A DNA stretch of 64,000 bases from Dehalococcoidia bacterium (GCA_009692665.1 SHYT01000008.1:14764-78763); one strand, 5' to 3'. Positions 27,807 to 38,014 are shown, counted from the stretch's first letter. Notes: generated by a model from the letters alone, not told the origin. Numbers and translations are program-made.

Positions 27807-29075
27807 ATGTTCATCATGCATTTCATGGAAGAAGCCTGGCAAGATGAGAAGTCTGGCTGGGTGGGCAGCAACACTAGCGACCTCCAGATCAGTAATAGCC
27901 TGTACGACCCCGTGCAGGCAAATAAGCTCTACCATCGGTACATAGACGAGAACCTCTTCTGTGAAGAGATGGGGTTTGATGGGCTCATGCTCAATGAGCA
28001 CCATAGCGCTCCTTTCTGTATGCAGGGCGTTACAAACGTCCAGCTCTCTATTCTGGCCCACGCCACTAAGAAGATTAAGCTAGTCCCGCTGGGAAACATC
28101 CTCCCGGCTTGGGATGACCCTATGTGGCTCGCCGAACAGCTAGCTATGATCGATGTGATTTCTGGCGGCCGCTTGGTCTCCGGCTGGGTGCGGGGTGGTG
28201 GCCGAGAACATGTGGTGCATAACACGCATCCGCCGTCCAACTGGGAGCGCTTCCAAGAGGCGCACGACCTCATCATCAAGGCCTGGACAACCCCAGGCCC
28301 CTTTCGCTGGGAGGGCAAGCATTACCAGTACCGCTATGTGAATCCTTGGGTTGTCCCTCTCCAGAAACCTCATCCTCCCATTTGGATTCCTGGGTCCGTG
28401 AGCCGCGCCACGGTCAATTGGGCGGCTAAGAACGGATACCCATACGTTATTCTTGGTGCAGAGCTGGAAGCGACAAAGAGCACATTTGCGTACTACCATC
28501 AGACGGCGGCGGAGTATGGGTTCAAAACGGGGACCCAGCACAACGGGGAACTCATCAAGGTTCACTGTGAGGAGACGGAAGAGAAGGCTGACGAGGCCGG
28601 ACGGAAGTTTCTGGGAGGGGTGAACAACCCTTTCCTCCTCGGAAACGAGGGAACTGTGCGCTCGAATATTACCGCGCTTCCTGGACTATCACCTAGGAGG
28701 GCCGAAGAAAGAATCGAAACTCGCGGCACTGCGCCGGTTGGTCGGGGTGGTGATGCCACTACTGGTAATTTGCGAGCCACATATGAAGAGCAATCCGCAA
28801 AATACCTGATCATCAGCGGCACACCCAAAACCGTTATTACCAGGGTGAAACACGTGATGGAGCAGACGAGGCCCGGAACACTCCTGCTCTGGGATGGTGA
28901 CGGGGCGATGACACACGAGGATCACATGCGCAGCCTGAAGCTCATGGGTAAGGAAGTGCTGCCTGCATTGCGTGACTATGCGAAAGAACTGGGCATTGTT
29001 GGCCCGTTTGATGTGGACCCGGTTGTTGGGATGACCCGCGGTTTGGTCTCAGGTATGGCAACTCCAACTCCATAA
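27807..29075 (+). CDS. Luciferase-like (LLM) flavin-dependent monooxygenase, subfamily A copy 2
   Basis: Co-linear with 9048-10307 and identical at most positions by eye. Same LNEHHS and IDVISGGRLVSGWVRG motifs. Confidence 0.85.
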   Translation: MFIMHFMEEAWQDEKSGWVGSNTSDLQISNSLYDPVQANKLYHRYIDENLFCEEMGFDGLMLNEHHSAPFCMQGVTNVQLSILAHATKKIKLVPLGNILPAWDDPMWLAEQLAMIDVISGGRLVSGWVRGGGREHVVHNTHPPSNWERFQEAHDLIIKAWTTPGPFRWEGKHYQYRYVNPWVVPLQKPHPPIWIPGSVSRATVNWAAKNGYPYVILGAELEATKSTFAYYHQTAAEYGFKTGTQHNGELIKVHCEETEEKADEAGRKFLGGVNNPFLLGNEGTVRSNITALPGLSPRRAEERIETRGTAPVGRGGDATTGNLRATYEEQSAKYLIISGTPKTVITRVKHVMEQTRPGTLLLWDGDGAMTHEDHMRSLKLMGKEVLPALRDYAKELGIVGPFDVDPVVGMTRGLVSGMATPTP

Positions 29076-29093
29076 ACCTCCGCTAGCAGCGAC

Positions 29094-29134
29094 AAAAGAA
29101 AGAGGCCCTATAAAACACAGGGCCTCTTTCTTTT
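29094..29134. terminator. Bidirectional terminator between convergent genes
   Basis: Perfect 16-bp stem AAAAGAAAGAGGCCCT / AGGGCCTCTTTCTTTT with a 9-nt loop. The A and T runs on either side suit both strands. Confidence 0.75.
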
Positions 29135-29147
29135 CGGAGTCTAAAGA

Positions 29148-29987
29148 TTAGAGGCCCTGAAAGCGCGGAGGGCGCTCCTCAAAGGCGGCTCGCATTCCCT
29201 CGCGGTGGTCTTGCGAGCGCATAAGCTCCCGCATGGCATCGTGTTCCCGAAGGATCTGCTGTTCCAGCGTGGACTCCAGCCCAGCGTAGACTTGCTGCTT
29301 CAAGGCGGCCACCGCAAGCGGAGCGCTCTTTACAAGTTCGTTCGCCATCTCCCGTGCGGCTGCCAATACCTTCTCCTTCGGTACCGCTTGATTGACCATG
29401 CCCATTTCATAAGCCTCGCGGCCAGTGACGAACCTGCCGGTCAGCATCAGATCCATAGCCCTTGGAAGCCCGATCATGCGCGTCAAAAGAAGTGAAGACC
29501 CGTGTTCAGCTGCTAGTCCCAGGCGAGGCCATCGTGTGCCCATACGGGCATCTTCAGCAGCTATCCGCAGATCGCAGGCAAGGGCGAGTCCAAACCCCGC
29601 ACCAACCGCAACACCATTTATAGCTCCGATGACTGGTTTTGGGATACTTCGAAAGAGGGCTGGATAGGAGTTGTCCAGCCACCGCGAGCTATCGGCGGCT
29701 TCGCCTCCTGCAGGCTCTTGTCTGCCTTCCTCTGCGGACCGTCGTAGCGAAGATGTATCGCCTCCTGAAGAGAATCCCCGCCCAGCGCCAGTGATAATAA
29801 TCACGCGAACGCTAGGATCTATCTTGACCGACTGGATGGCGGCATCGAAGCCCCGCCGGAGCGCCTGGCCGAGAGGGTTCAGCCTCTTCGGGTCGTTCAA
29901 GGTTATTGTGGCGATGGCATCACTAATATTGACAAGAACTGGCGCCTCGACAGAATCTGTGTGTTCTGTCATGGATTCCACCCCCAT
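29148..29987 (-). CDS. Enoyl-CoA hydratase/isomerase (crotonase fold)
   Basis: ITLNDPKRLNPL and IITGAGRGFSSGGD match the fold. Alternative ATG at 29972 (MTEHTD) follows a GGGGGTGGA run. Confidence 0.85.
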   Translation of the reverse strand: MGVESMTEHTDSVEAPVLVNISDAIATITLNDPKRLNPLGQALRRGFDAAIQSVKIDPSVRVIIITGAGRGFSSGGDTSSLRRSAEEGRQEPAGGEAADSSRWLDNSYPALFRSIPKPVIGAINGVAVGAGFGLALACDLRIAAEDARMGTRWPRLGLAAEHGSSLLLTRMIGLPRAMDLMLTGRFVTGREAYEMGMVNQAVPKEKVLAAAREMANELVKSAPLAVAALKQQVYAGLESTLEQQILREHDAMRELMRSQDHREGMRAAFEERPPRFQGL

Positions 29988-30050
29988 GTACCGAAATCTC
30001 TATAAACGGCCGTCCAGTAATACAACCTTGAAAAGTGCTCTAGTCGCCAA

Positions 30051-30605
30051 TTACAGCTTGACGTCTTTCAGGTGAATGATATGAGCAGAGCGGTGACCTG
30101 GCTGAAGCTCCAATATGCCCACTGTGCCCAATTGTGGCATCAAGTTGTGCGGCAATGTTGGGCTGCCCGGATTTATCATAAACACGCCATCTTTTTCCAC
30201 CATGAGTTCCACATGGGTGTCTCCGCACACAACAATCTCGACGCGCCGGCCAAAGTTAAACTGCATGAGCCCGTTGAGATTATTCCGCCACGGTGGCTCG
30301 TCTGGAGTGGGAAAACCGTGGGTCATCCCAATAGTAAACCCCATAAGTTCGAGAACGTGTGCCTCTTTAACCCGAGGGTCGTCAGGGACACCCGGCCGGT
30401 TTTTGTTCAGTGATGAATAGTGGTCACCATTGCCGCGGGCACCAAGCACAGGCGCGATGCGCCCAAGCCTATCCAGCACGTCGATAACGTGCATATCGCC
30501 GGCATGCAAGATGAGGTCTACGCCCTCGAAGACTTTAAACACCTGTAACGGAATGTCTGGTCCCGACTCAGGAATGTGTGTGTCGGAGATAAGGCCAATG
30601 CGCAT
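30051..30605 (-). CDS. Metallophosphoesterase (YfcE/MJ0936-like)
   Basis: MRIGLISDTHIP, LHAGDM and GNGD metal-binding motifs. ATG 30605 follows GGGGAGG; the longest ORF starts at TTG 30623. Confidence 0.8.
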   Translation of the reverse strand: MRIGLISDTHIPESGPDIPLQVFKVFEGVDLILHAGDMHVIDVLDRLGRIAPVLGARGNGDHYSSLNKNRPGVPDDPRVKEAHVLELMGFTIGMTHGFPTPDEPPWRNNLNGLMQFNFGRRVEIVVCGDTHVELMVEKDGVFMINPGSPTLPHNLMPQLGTVGILELQPGHRSAHIIHLKDVKL

Positions 30606-30640
30606 AAGACCTCCCCAAAACAATCATGACTGAAAAGCCC

Positions 30641-31138
30641 TCAGCTACCCTTAGGCCGTCCCTCGAACTTCCACACATTAGCTGGTTGTTGCGTACTGAG
30701 CCGCCAACGGGGCATCTGCTTGCCGTCCGCCGAGATTTTTTCCCAGTACAGTTCCACCTTGGAGTTAATGCCAGCCTGGTCATCGCCTTCGTCAATGACA
30801 CCCATGACACGGACGGGTAGTCCCGTCACACCACGCATATCATCTAGATCAATGACAGCAGAAAGGTACGGGGTAGCTTCCGCAAACGCACCCAAAATAG
30901 GTTGTGTAACGACGATGAACGAGTAAATAGCACCCTTACCACTGCTTTCCACCCAGCTCGTCTTTTCGAAGTTCCCGCAACTGGAGCATCCTATTGCTCC
31001 AGGCGGCCACCACCGGTGACCGCAAACATCACAGCTTCTGACCATGAGCTTGCCTTCCTTGGTGAAATCCCACCAAGGGGCGGCATCATAGTCTGGGTTA
31101 ATCGTGAACTTGGACCAGTTGATTTTGGGACTCCCCAT
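30641..31138 (-). CDS. DUF35-type zinc-ribbon/OB-fold protein
   Basis: CDVCGHRWWPP...CSSCG four-Cys ribbon followed by an OB-like C-terminus. ATG 31138 follows GGAGAGGG. Lies 11 nt downstream of the thiolase-like gene. Confidence 0.8.
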   Translation of the reverse strand: MGSPKINWSKFTINPDYDAAPWWDFTKEGKLMVRSCDVCGHRWWPPGAIGCSSCGNFEKTSWVESSGKGAIYSFIVVTQPILGAFAEATPYLSAVIDLDDMRGVTGLPVRVMGVIDEGDDQAGINSKVELYWEKISADGKQMPRWRLSTQQPANVWKFEGRPKGS

Positions 31139-31149
31139 TTTGCCCTCTC

Positions 31150-32391
31150 CTAGTTGGCTGTGGCGAACTGGCTGAGTACGAGAGAACTGCTTTGGGTTGG
31201 TGACCCCCAGGCGCTGCAAAACCCAACATCATGCTTCTTTACTTGGCGGCATCCAGCTTTGCGATCATACGTGTGGATGCCTTCCTCCCAGTTCGGACAC
31301 GCATCATCAGCCCGTCCGCGGAGTTGGCGGGTCATTTCAATAACCATTTGTATCCCGTGACTGTAGCCTTCGGACAGGTGCGACCCGGAAGTGTTCACAG
31401 GAAGGTCACCGTCGATGAGACCACGCCCTTCCTGATACCAAAAGCCAGCCTCACCCGGCTTCACAAAGCCATATCCTTCCATTTGGAGTAGGGGAGTGAT
31501 AGTAAACGCGTCGTAGAAAGACGCGACGTTGATATCGCTGCGCGTGACGCCGGACATCCCAAACGCGCGGTTGCGTCCCCAGTTGCTGCCATGCCAGTAA
31601 ATCGGTGTGTGCAGCCGGCCTGCGTTGTAGGAGGGGCTTTCCGACATAGTGCGGGCGGTGCCCCCCAATACGAACACTGGTGGGTGCCGCAGGTCATACG
31701 AATCTTCTCTTCGCATGAGCACCATGGCACAAGAGACGTCCCGTTCCAAGCAGCAGTCGTAAAGACGGAAGGGCTTGGAAACCCAGCGAGCATTGTAATA
31801 GTCTTCCAACGTCAGCGGCTGTTTATAGAAGACCGCCTTCGGGTTGAGATTGGCGTGGTAGCGGTGGGTTAGCGCGACGGCCGCAAGCTGGCGGGTGCTC
31901 ACGCCGTAGTCGTGCATGTACCGCATAGCAGCCATGCCAAAATTTTGCGCCGGGGTGGTCACCCCCACCATTGGGCCTTGGCCGTCAGAAGTGACTACGG
32001 TGTTTGGCTGAGGGCCGGAGAGCGCTTGCCCTCCCATGCGCCGTCCGGTGCGCCCGCGCATAGACCGAAAAATGACTATTGCGCGGCAATAGCCTCCGGC
32101 AAGGAGACCCGCTGCGTGGGCGACGAGCGCTTCGCTGCTGGAACCACCGCCCATGATATCCACGGCGTAGTTAAGCCGCATACCGAGAGACTGTGCCATA
32201 TCATTTGAGCTATGCGAGTCTCCGGTCTGATAGCTGGTCATACCATCAATGTCGCTGAGCCTGAGGCCTGCGTCAGCCACCGCCTTCTTGATAGCCTCCA
32301 ATCCGAGCGAAAGTGTCGTCCGCTTCGCGTCCCGATAGAACTCCGTTTGCCCTACGCCTACAATGGCGGCTTTCCCTGTTAGCGCTCCCAC
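31150..32391 (-). CDS. SCP-x/thiolase-like protein apparently lacking the nucleophilic Cys (aldolase/lyase-like?)
   Basis: AAIVGVGQTEF N-terminus and NTSGSHLSEG...QLRG C-terminus are SCPx-thiolase-like. IMGGGSSSEAL aligns to the [11 protein letters not shown] nucleophile segment (Cys->Gly) and EGYSHG to KGHPLG (His->Tyr). GTG 32391 follows GAGGAGG; the longest ORF starts at 32628. Confidence 0.75.
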   Translation of the reverse strand: MGALTGKAAIVGVGQTEFYRDAKRTTLSLGLEAIKKAVADAGLRLSDIDGMTSYQTGDSHSSNDMAQSLGMRLNYAVDIMGGGSSSEALVAHAAGLLAGGYCRAIVIFRSMRGRTGRRMGGQALSGPQPNTVVTSDGQGPMVGVTTPAQNFGMAAMRYMHDYGVSTRQLAAVALTHRYHANLNPKAVFYKQPLTLEDYYNARWVSKPFRLYDCCLERDVSCAMVLMRREDSYDLRHPPVFVLGGTARTMSESPSYNAGRLHTPIYWHGSNWGRNRAFGMSGVTRSDINVASFYDAFTITPLLQMEGYGFVKPGEAGFWYQEGRGLIDGDLPVNTSGSHLSEGYSHGIQMVIEMTRQLRGRADDACPNWEEGIHTYDRKAGCRQVKKHDVGFCSAWGSPTQSSSLVLSQFATAN

Positions 32392-32684
32392 CGATATCCT
32401 CCTCAGAACACACAACACACACAACTTGACATCTATCCGGCGTTCTGTGTGGCACACTTTAACTGAGAATCTACCGGTTGGCAACAAACCGTGTCCTCCA
32501 AGCCTGACTGCATTAGTTTCTTCCCATTGCCCATCAACTGGGCTATGGCTGTGGTTTTGGGCATCAAAAAGACGCTGGTTCAAATACATGGAGCACATGG
32601 TGCTATAGTGGGTGCGCTGCAGGAGCACCCTGGCAGAAGCGTATTTCTCGTGGGAAGCTCGCTAGGAGTCAGGAGGAGGCGATT

Positions 32685-33530
32685 ATGGGAAAACTTGATG
32701 GTAAGGTAGCCATTGTCACTGGGGCCAGCCGCGGCATCGGCAAAGCCATAGCTATCCGTTTCGGCGCAGAAGGGGCTAAGGTAGTGTGTACCGCCCGTAC
32801 TCTCCACGAGGGAGACCATCGCTTCCTTGAAGGGTCTCTAGAGACAACAGTTGCGGAGATCAAGAAAGCGGGCGGCCAAGCAACTGCAATCGCCTCCAAC
32901 GTCTCCGAGTGGAAAGAGTGCGAACAACTTGTAGAGCAGACCAAGCGGGCATTCGGCCCGGTGGATATCCTGGTCAACAACGCTGCTCTGAACTACTATG
33001 TTCCTGTGGTTGACTATGAACCAAACCGCTGGGCCCGGTCGTTTGCAGTTAACATCAACGGGCCTTTCTATCTGAGCAAACTAGTGCTGCCGGATATGAT
33101 CGCTCGACGGAAAGGATCAATCATCAATATCTCCTCGGGAGCTGCTCGTGGCCCAGGTCGTGGCCCATACCCCGAGGCCCCTATCAGAGGTGGAACCATG
33201 TACGGCGCCAGCAAGGCGGCTTTGGAGCGTTTTACGCAAGGTTTGGCCCAAGAAGTGTGGCAGCACGGTATCAGCGTTGCCGCCTTCTCTCCTTCTGAGT
33301 TAGTGCCTACGGAAGGCACAACGTTCCTGGGTCTAACGAAGAGCCTTGACGATGCGGGCGAGCGGCCAGACATCATGGCCCAGGCAGCTGTCTTGCTCGC
33401 TACCTTGCCTTACGACAAGATTTCAGGACGCGTTACTTACAGCCAAGCTATCCTCAAAGAATTCGGCTGGACTAAGGATGGACATGGCATAGGATTTGGG
33501 CGGCCGGGTAGCGGTTACAGCGAGATATAG
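32685..33530 (+). CDS. Short-chain dehydrogenase/reductase (SDR)
   Basis: KVAIVTGASRGIGKAIA cofactor motif, NNAA, and the YGASKAAL catalytic Tyr-x3-Lys. Confidence 0.9.
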   Translation: MGKLDGKVAIVTGASRGIGKAIAIRFGAEGAKVVCTARTLHEGDHRFLEGSLETTVAEIKKAGGQATAIASNVSEWKECEQLVEQTKRAFGPVDILVNNAALNYYVPVVDYEPNRWARSFAVNINGPFYLSKLVLPDMIARRKGSIINISSGAARGPGRGPYPEAPIRGGTMYGASKAALERFTQGLAQEVWQHGISVAAFSPSELVPTEGTTFLGLTKSLDDAGERPDIMAQAAVLLATLPYDKISGRVTYSQAILKEFGWTKDGHGIGFGRPGSGYSEI

Positions 33531-33583
33531 CGTGGCTCCGCACACGCCTAAAGGCGAGCGTACCCAGGTGCAATGAGAGTTAC

Positions 33584-33617
33584 GAAAGAGTCTGCGCCCC
33601 GAAGCGTAGACTCTTTC
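33584..33617 (+). terminator. Terminator-like hairpin after the SDR gene
   Basis: GAAAGAGTCTGCG / CGTAGACTCTTTC forms a 13-bp stem with one G-U pair. It is built from the CGCAGACTC core seen in the repeat clusters. Confidence 0.5.
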
Positions 33618-33676
33618 CATTACTTTAGGATCTAGGCCAGCCATTTATGCTATTGAGCCGTAGTAAGGAGATAAGA

Positions 33677-34441
33677 GTGCAATGGGATCCTCAGCGCTAC
33701 CATCAGTTTCAAGCGGAGCGGTCTGCACCCTTTGACGATTTGGTCAAATTGATCGTTGTCAGAGACGGCGCAGATGTAGTGGACCTTGGCTGCGGACCCG
33801 GTGAGCTGACAAGCCGGCTGGCGAATATGTTGCCAAATAGCAGTGTGCTGGGTGTTGATAGTTCAGCAAATATGCTTGCGAAAGCGAGACAGCTCGAAAC
33901 TCCCGCCTTGCGCTTTCGGCAGCAGACCATCGAATCACTGGAAGGGCAGTGGGATCTCGTGTTTTCCAATGCTGCGATACAGTGGTTAGACGACCATCGA
34001 TCGCTCATCCCAAGACTCTTGTCCATGGTTCGGCCAGGCGGTCAGATGGTCATTCAGTTACCATCGAACCACATGCATGCTACACAAACCTTGATGGCCG
34101 ATGTTGCCCGTGAAGAGCCATTCAGGACAGCTTTCAATGGCTGGGCGAGGGAGTTTTCGGTATTGTCTATTGAAGAATACGCTGAAATCTTGTACACATG
34201 CGGGGCTGCAAAGATAACAGTATTCGAGAAAGTGTACCCGCAGGTTGTCAAAGATGCTCAGGCGCTTCTTGATTGGTCCCGGGGCACGGCCCTGTTGCCT
34301 TACTTGGAACGGCTATCAGATGACCTCCGATCGTTATACCTTGATCTTTACTTGCGGCGACTCAAACAGCGGTGGCCAGGTAGTCCTGTTTTCTTTCCCT
34401 TTCGAAGGATCATCATGGCTGCAACTCGTCCGGTGGGCTGA
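33677..34441 (+). CDS. SAM-dependent methyltransferase, trans-aconitate 2-methyltransferase (Tam)-like
   Basis: WDPQRYHQFQAERSAPF N-terminus and the VVDLGCGPGELT SAM motif. GTG 33677 lies 6 nt after AAGGAG; ATG 33647 is the alternative start. Confidence 0.75.
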   Translation: MQWDPQRYHQFQAERSAPFDDLVKLIVVRDGADVVDLGCGPGELTSRLANMLPNSSVLGVDSSANMLAKARQLETPALRFRQQTIESLEGQWDLVFSNAAIQWLDDHRSLIPRLLSMVRPGGQMVIQLPSNHMHATQTLMADVAREEPFRTAFNGWAREFSVLSIEEYAEILYTCGAAKITVFEKVYPQVVKDAQALLDWSRGTALLPYLERLSDDLRSLYLDLYLRRLKQRWPGSPVFFPFRRIIMAATRPVG

Positions 34442-34712
34442 CTAAGCGTTCCAGCAATTTGGGCCAGAAAGCACCGTCCTGGAGCGAATGTGCACGCCTG
34501 CTTAGAATTACGAGCTAGGTGAAGCGTGCAACCTCCTAAGTTGAGCGTTAGATAACCGCGTTCGCTTCAATTTATCTGATGCCTAGCTGGGATTCTAAAA
34601 CTAGCGAGACGGTTCGGGAGGCAATCTTGACAATAATGAGGCCGTATTGCATCGTCGCCGCGGAGCGGTCTAAAGAGCGTACATCGGTGTCGGCGATGAG
34701 GAAGTAGATGCA

Positions 34713-36017
34713 GTGAGCAAGTTAAAATTCACTGTGACAGCCAAGGCGTCACCCTCCCCGCTCAGCGTTAATCCCTCCGAGCATGCCCCTTTTGACGCTG
34801 GCACAAGCCCCGCGAAGGGATGGCTCATCTTTGGCCTTCTTTCCTCACTGACTACATTTAGTAGTGTAGTCCAATTTACCTTTGGTGTTATGCTTCCGGA
34901 GATCCGCAAGGATATCCCAATGAGCATGACATTGGTTGGACTACTCGCAGCCATTTTTTCGCTTTTTAACGCTGTTCTGGCGGTTCCCATTAATTCCTGG
35001 TTTTCACGGTATAACCCTGTCAAGTTGGTTGCTATATCAGGGGTCTTTGCGGCAGTATTCCTATTTCTTCAGGGCTTCGCCTGGAATTTTGCTAGCCTCT
35101 TCGTAGCGCGGTTTGTATTTGTGCTATTTAACGCTTTGAAAGCACCCGCGCGTTCCCTCCTTTTGCAACAGTGGTTAGCCCGCAGGGACATTGGCCTGGC
35201 CAACGCTATTGGTCAGGTTATTCACGGAGGAACCCAGACTGTTGGCCTGGCCTTGGCCTCACTGGTAGCACTTCTGATAGGCGGATGGCGTCCTACATAT
35301 ATGGCCATGGCAGTTGTCATGGCTATACAGGTATTAGCCTGGAGCCTCGTGGCCCGCCAGCGCCGAACGGAGCACTACGACCGCCAGTTTTTTGCGCAGG
35401 AAAAGACTCCTATGAGAGCGGTACTTCGGTATCCGCGCATGTGGTTTATCGGCTTTGGTGTCCTTGCAGCTTGCCTCCCATGGTCCGCACTGCTGACATT
35501 TCTGCCGAGCTTTCTAGTAGAGTCACGCGGAATATCTTTGACTATGGCAGGCCCTGTAACTGCTTTGCTGTACGCGGGTTCCACCGTTGGCTGGGCCCTG
35601 GCTGGAGTTGTGGATCGCTGGTTGCCCAAGAGAAAACTGTTTGTGGTTTCCTCCTCAACCGTCCTTGTTATAGCGCCACTGTTGCTCCTAAACGTAACTA
35701 ATATTCCGCTTCTCATGGCCCTCGCCTTTTTGAATGGGCTTGGATGGGCTTTCTGGCCAATTGTCCAGACCCTGCCCTTTCACTTGCCAGGAGCCAAACC
35801 ACGGGAGATAGCAGTAATGGTAGCCCTACTCCAAGCATTCACCGGCATTGGATTTGGACTGGGTCCCTTGCTGGCAGGAATTCTCGCTGACATCGCAGGG
35901 TCGCTCTGGGGTGCACTCATGCTGTTGGCCGTATTTCCTGTGCTGACCGTAGTCTCAGGGCTCGCTATTCCTGATCGATCTGTAGCACCATCCTCACCAC
36001 CTAAGTTGGCTGCTTAG
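34713..36017 (+). CDS. MFS transporter
   Basis: 434 aa, about 12 hydrophobic helices. GTG start after GAGGAAG. Confidence 0.8.
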   Translation: MSKLKFTVTAKASPSPLSVNPSEHAPFDAGTSPAKGWLIFGLLSSLTTFSSVVQFTFGVMLPEIRKDIPMSMTLVGLLAAIFSLFNAVLAVPINSWFSRYNPVKLVAISGVFAAVFLFLQGFAWNFASLFVARFVFVLFNALKAPARSLLLQQWLARRDIGLANAIGQVIHGGTQTVGLALASLVALLIGGWRPTYMAMAVVMAIQVLAWSLVARQRRTEHYDRQFFAQEKTPMRAVLRYPRMWFIGFGVLAACLPWSALLTFLPSFLVESRGISLTMAGPVTALLYAGSTVGWALAGVVDRWLPKRKLFVVSSSTVLVIAPLLLLNVTNIPLLMALAFLNGLGWAFWPIVQTLPFHLPGAKPREIAVMVALLQAFTGIGFGLGPLLAGILADIAGSLWGALMLLAVFPVLTVVSGLAIPDRSVAPSSPPKLAA

Positions 36018-36120
36018 GTTTACTTAAAAGCTCGCTTGCGCAAGCCAACAGGGTGAATGAAGCGCAGCCCTAAACTCGTGGATGAACCCTGAGGTACACA
36101 TGAAGCTTTGCCCAAGACTG

Positions 36121-36828
36121 CTACGGGGCAATTTTCCCTAGGTGCCGCAATGAGCCGACGTGAAGCCCTTCTGCCGCTGTAAAGGCTCCAGCTCGGAGTG
36201 CCTCGATTAATTCCTTTTCGGTTCTGACTGGCTCATGAAACGCGGTAACACATTTGCCCAGGCCATGGCTGGAGTGTGCGTCGCTCCCACCGGTACCAAT
36301 GCGCCCCAGGAGTCGTGCCACTTCGTGGGCGAAGTGATTTTCCTGTTCAGTATTTGCGCCATTTGCTATCTCAACCTCATCTACCAACGCGAATGCTGGA
36401 TGACTGATGGCATCCTGGGGCGTGGCGGGTAAGGGGGAATAGTTTCGGTACAGAAGATTAGTGGTTGGCAGCGACTCATTGAAAAGATTGCGGAACGGAT
36501 GGGCCAGAATCATGAATCCACCCAACCGGTCAACCACTCGACGCAGCTCTCTGATATCAGAAATCCCGGGATGATACCGATCTAGTCCGAAGACCAGGAC
36601 ATGCCCTACAGTTGTTTCGACTTCTAGTGCCTGTAGTATTGCCAGTCCGCTCTCATCAGCTAGACGTTGAATCTCCCGCGGATCGGACCACCCGCCATGT
36701 TCCGTAAGGCAAACTCCGGATAGTCCAATTCGATGTGCCTCATGGGTGAGTACGTCAAGCTGTAAACTGCTGTCACTGCTGCCTCGAACACTGTGCACGT
36801 GCAGATCAAAGAAAAAGGGCATCGTCAC
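36121..36828 (-). CDS. PHP-domain metal-dependent phosphoesterase
   Basis: FFDLHVHSVRGSSD, CLTEHG and GGSDAHS histidine motifs are typical of the PHP family. Confidence 0.8.
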   Translation of the reverse strand: MTMPFFFDLHVHSVRGSSDSSLQLDVLTHEAHRIGLSGVCLTEHGGWSDPREIQRLADESGLAILQALEVETTVGHVLVFGLDRYHPGISDIRELRRVVDRLGGFMILAHPFRNLFNESLPTTNLLYRNYSPLPATPQDAISHPAFALVDEVEIANGANTEQENHFAHEVARLLGRIGTGGSDAHSSHGLGKCVTAFHEPVRTEKELIEALRAGAFTAAEGLHVGSLRHLGKIAP

Positions 36829-36925
36829 ATCCAGTGAAACTAGAATGGCTTATTATACGAAGAAATTGCGACGACGCCGTTACACATCGCTACTTTGCCG
36901 GGTGCTTTGATTGGAGTGTGAAGCT

Positions 36926-38014
36926 ATGGACTGGTTAAGTGAACCCTGCCGGCAAAACATACCGGGGCTTGACTACGATTTGGAAGCCATGCGAAAACAG
37001 TTCCTTGGACTGGAAACGAAGCCAGTTCAAGGACGGTATCCAGTCGAATACGATCCGATTCGTCGCCACTGCCATATGACCGGTGACATGAATCCTCTTT
37101 TTCTTGACCCAACCTATGGTGCTAAGAGTAAATATGGGGCTGTTATCGTCCCGCCGCCGCTAGTTGCATATTTCGGGGTTCCAGGTGTGTGGCCTCCTAG
37201 ATCGCTGGAAGAACCACGACTTCCGGCAATACCTATGCCGGGTAATCGGTCCATCGCAATGATGGTGGAGACTGAGTGGCATAAGCCCGTGAAAGTGGGT
37301 GACCGGCTCAGTAGCATGAGCCGCTACGCCGATCTCTACTTCCTTTCTATCCGACTGGACTGGTGCGCCGTTTGGGTAACCACACAGAATATCCTTTCTA
37401 ACCAGCACGGTGATGCCGTCGCCACTGTTATGCAGATGTCACTGCGCCATCGCGGCGTTGACCAAGTACCCGACGGCCAGAAGGGAGCCCCAAATGTGGC
37501 GCAGGCGCCGGTACCTCCAATGCCGCAGCCCATTGGACAAACTAGGCCCCTGGTCACCCCAAAGCCCCAAGCGGAGCAAATCTACTGGGAAGACGTTAAA
37601 GAAGGCGATTTTCTTCCCGTTCTCGAATATCCCATCACCGAGACGCGTATTGTTGAGCAGGTAAGTGGGTCCCAGGACTTTTATGCTGTCCACCATGATC
37701 GTGCATTTGCCAGGGCGGCAGGACACAGCGATATCTTTGTGAACAATGGGTTCATGCGGGGCTGCCTAGCTCGCGTACTCACCGACTGGATAGGAGATGA
37801 AGGCTGGCTGCGCAAGCTCCGAGTAGAAATGCGCCGCATGAATGGTCCTGGAGACCTATTGATTTGCACCGGAAAAGTAGTTCGCAAGTACGAAGACGGC
37901 GCCGAAAAAATCGTTGAATGCGAAGTCTGGGCTGAGAACGCGCGTGTAGGGGTTACCACTCCGTGCCGTGCGTGGGTGGCATTGCCAAGCCGTTCGGGCC
38001 AATCGCGCCATTAG
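36926..38014 (+). CDS. MaoC-like double hot-dog enoyl-CoA hydratase (N- and C-terminal hot-dog domains fused)
   Basis: The N-terminal half carries GDMNPLFLDP. The C-terminal half carries FYAVHHDRAFARAAGH (D-x-N-x-H-type hydratase motif region). ATG 36926; the longest ORF starts at TTG 36911. Confidence 0.8.
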   Translation: MDWLSEPCRQNIPGLDYDLEAMRKQFLGLETKPVQGRYPVEYDPIRRHCHMTGDMNPLFLDPTYGAKSKYGAVIVPPPLVAYFGVPGVWPPRSLEEPRLPAIPMPGNRSIAMMVETEWHKPVKVGDRLSSMSRYADLYFLSIRLDWCAVWVTTQNILSNQHGDAVATVMQMSLRHRGVDQVPDGQKGAPNVAQAPVPPMPQPIGQTRPLVTPKPQAEQIYWEDVKEGDFLPVLEYPITETRIVEQVSGSQDFYAVHHDRAFARAAGHSDIFVNNGFMRGCLARVLTDWIGDEGWLRKLRVEMRRMNGPGDLLICTGKVVRKYEDGAEKIVECEVWAENARVGVTTPCRAWVALPSRSGQSRH

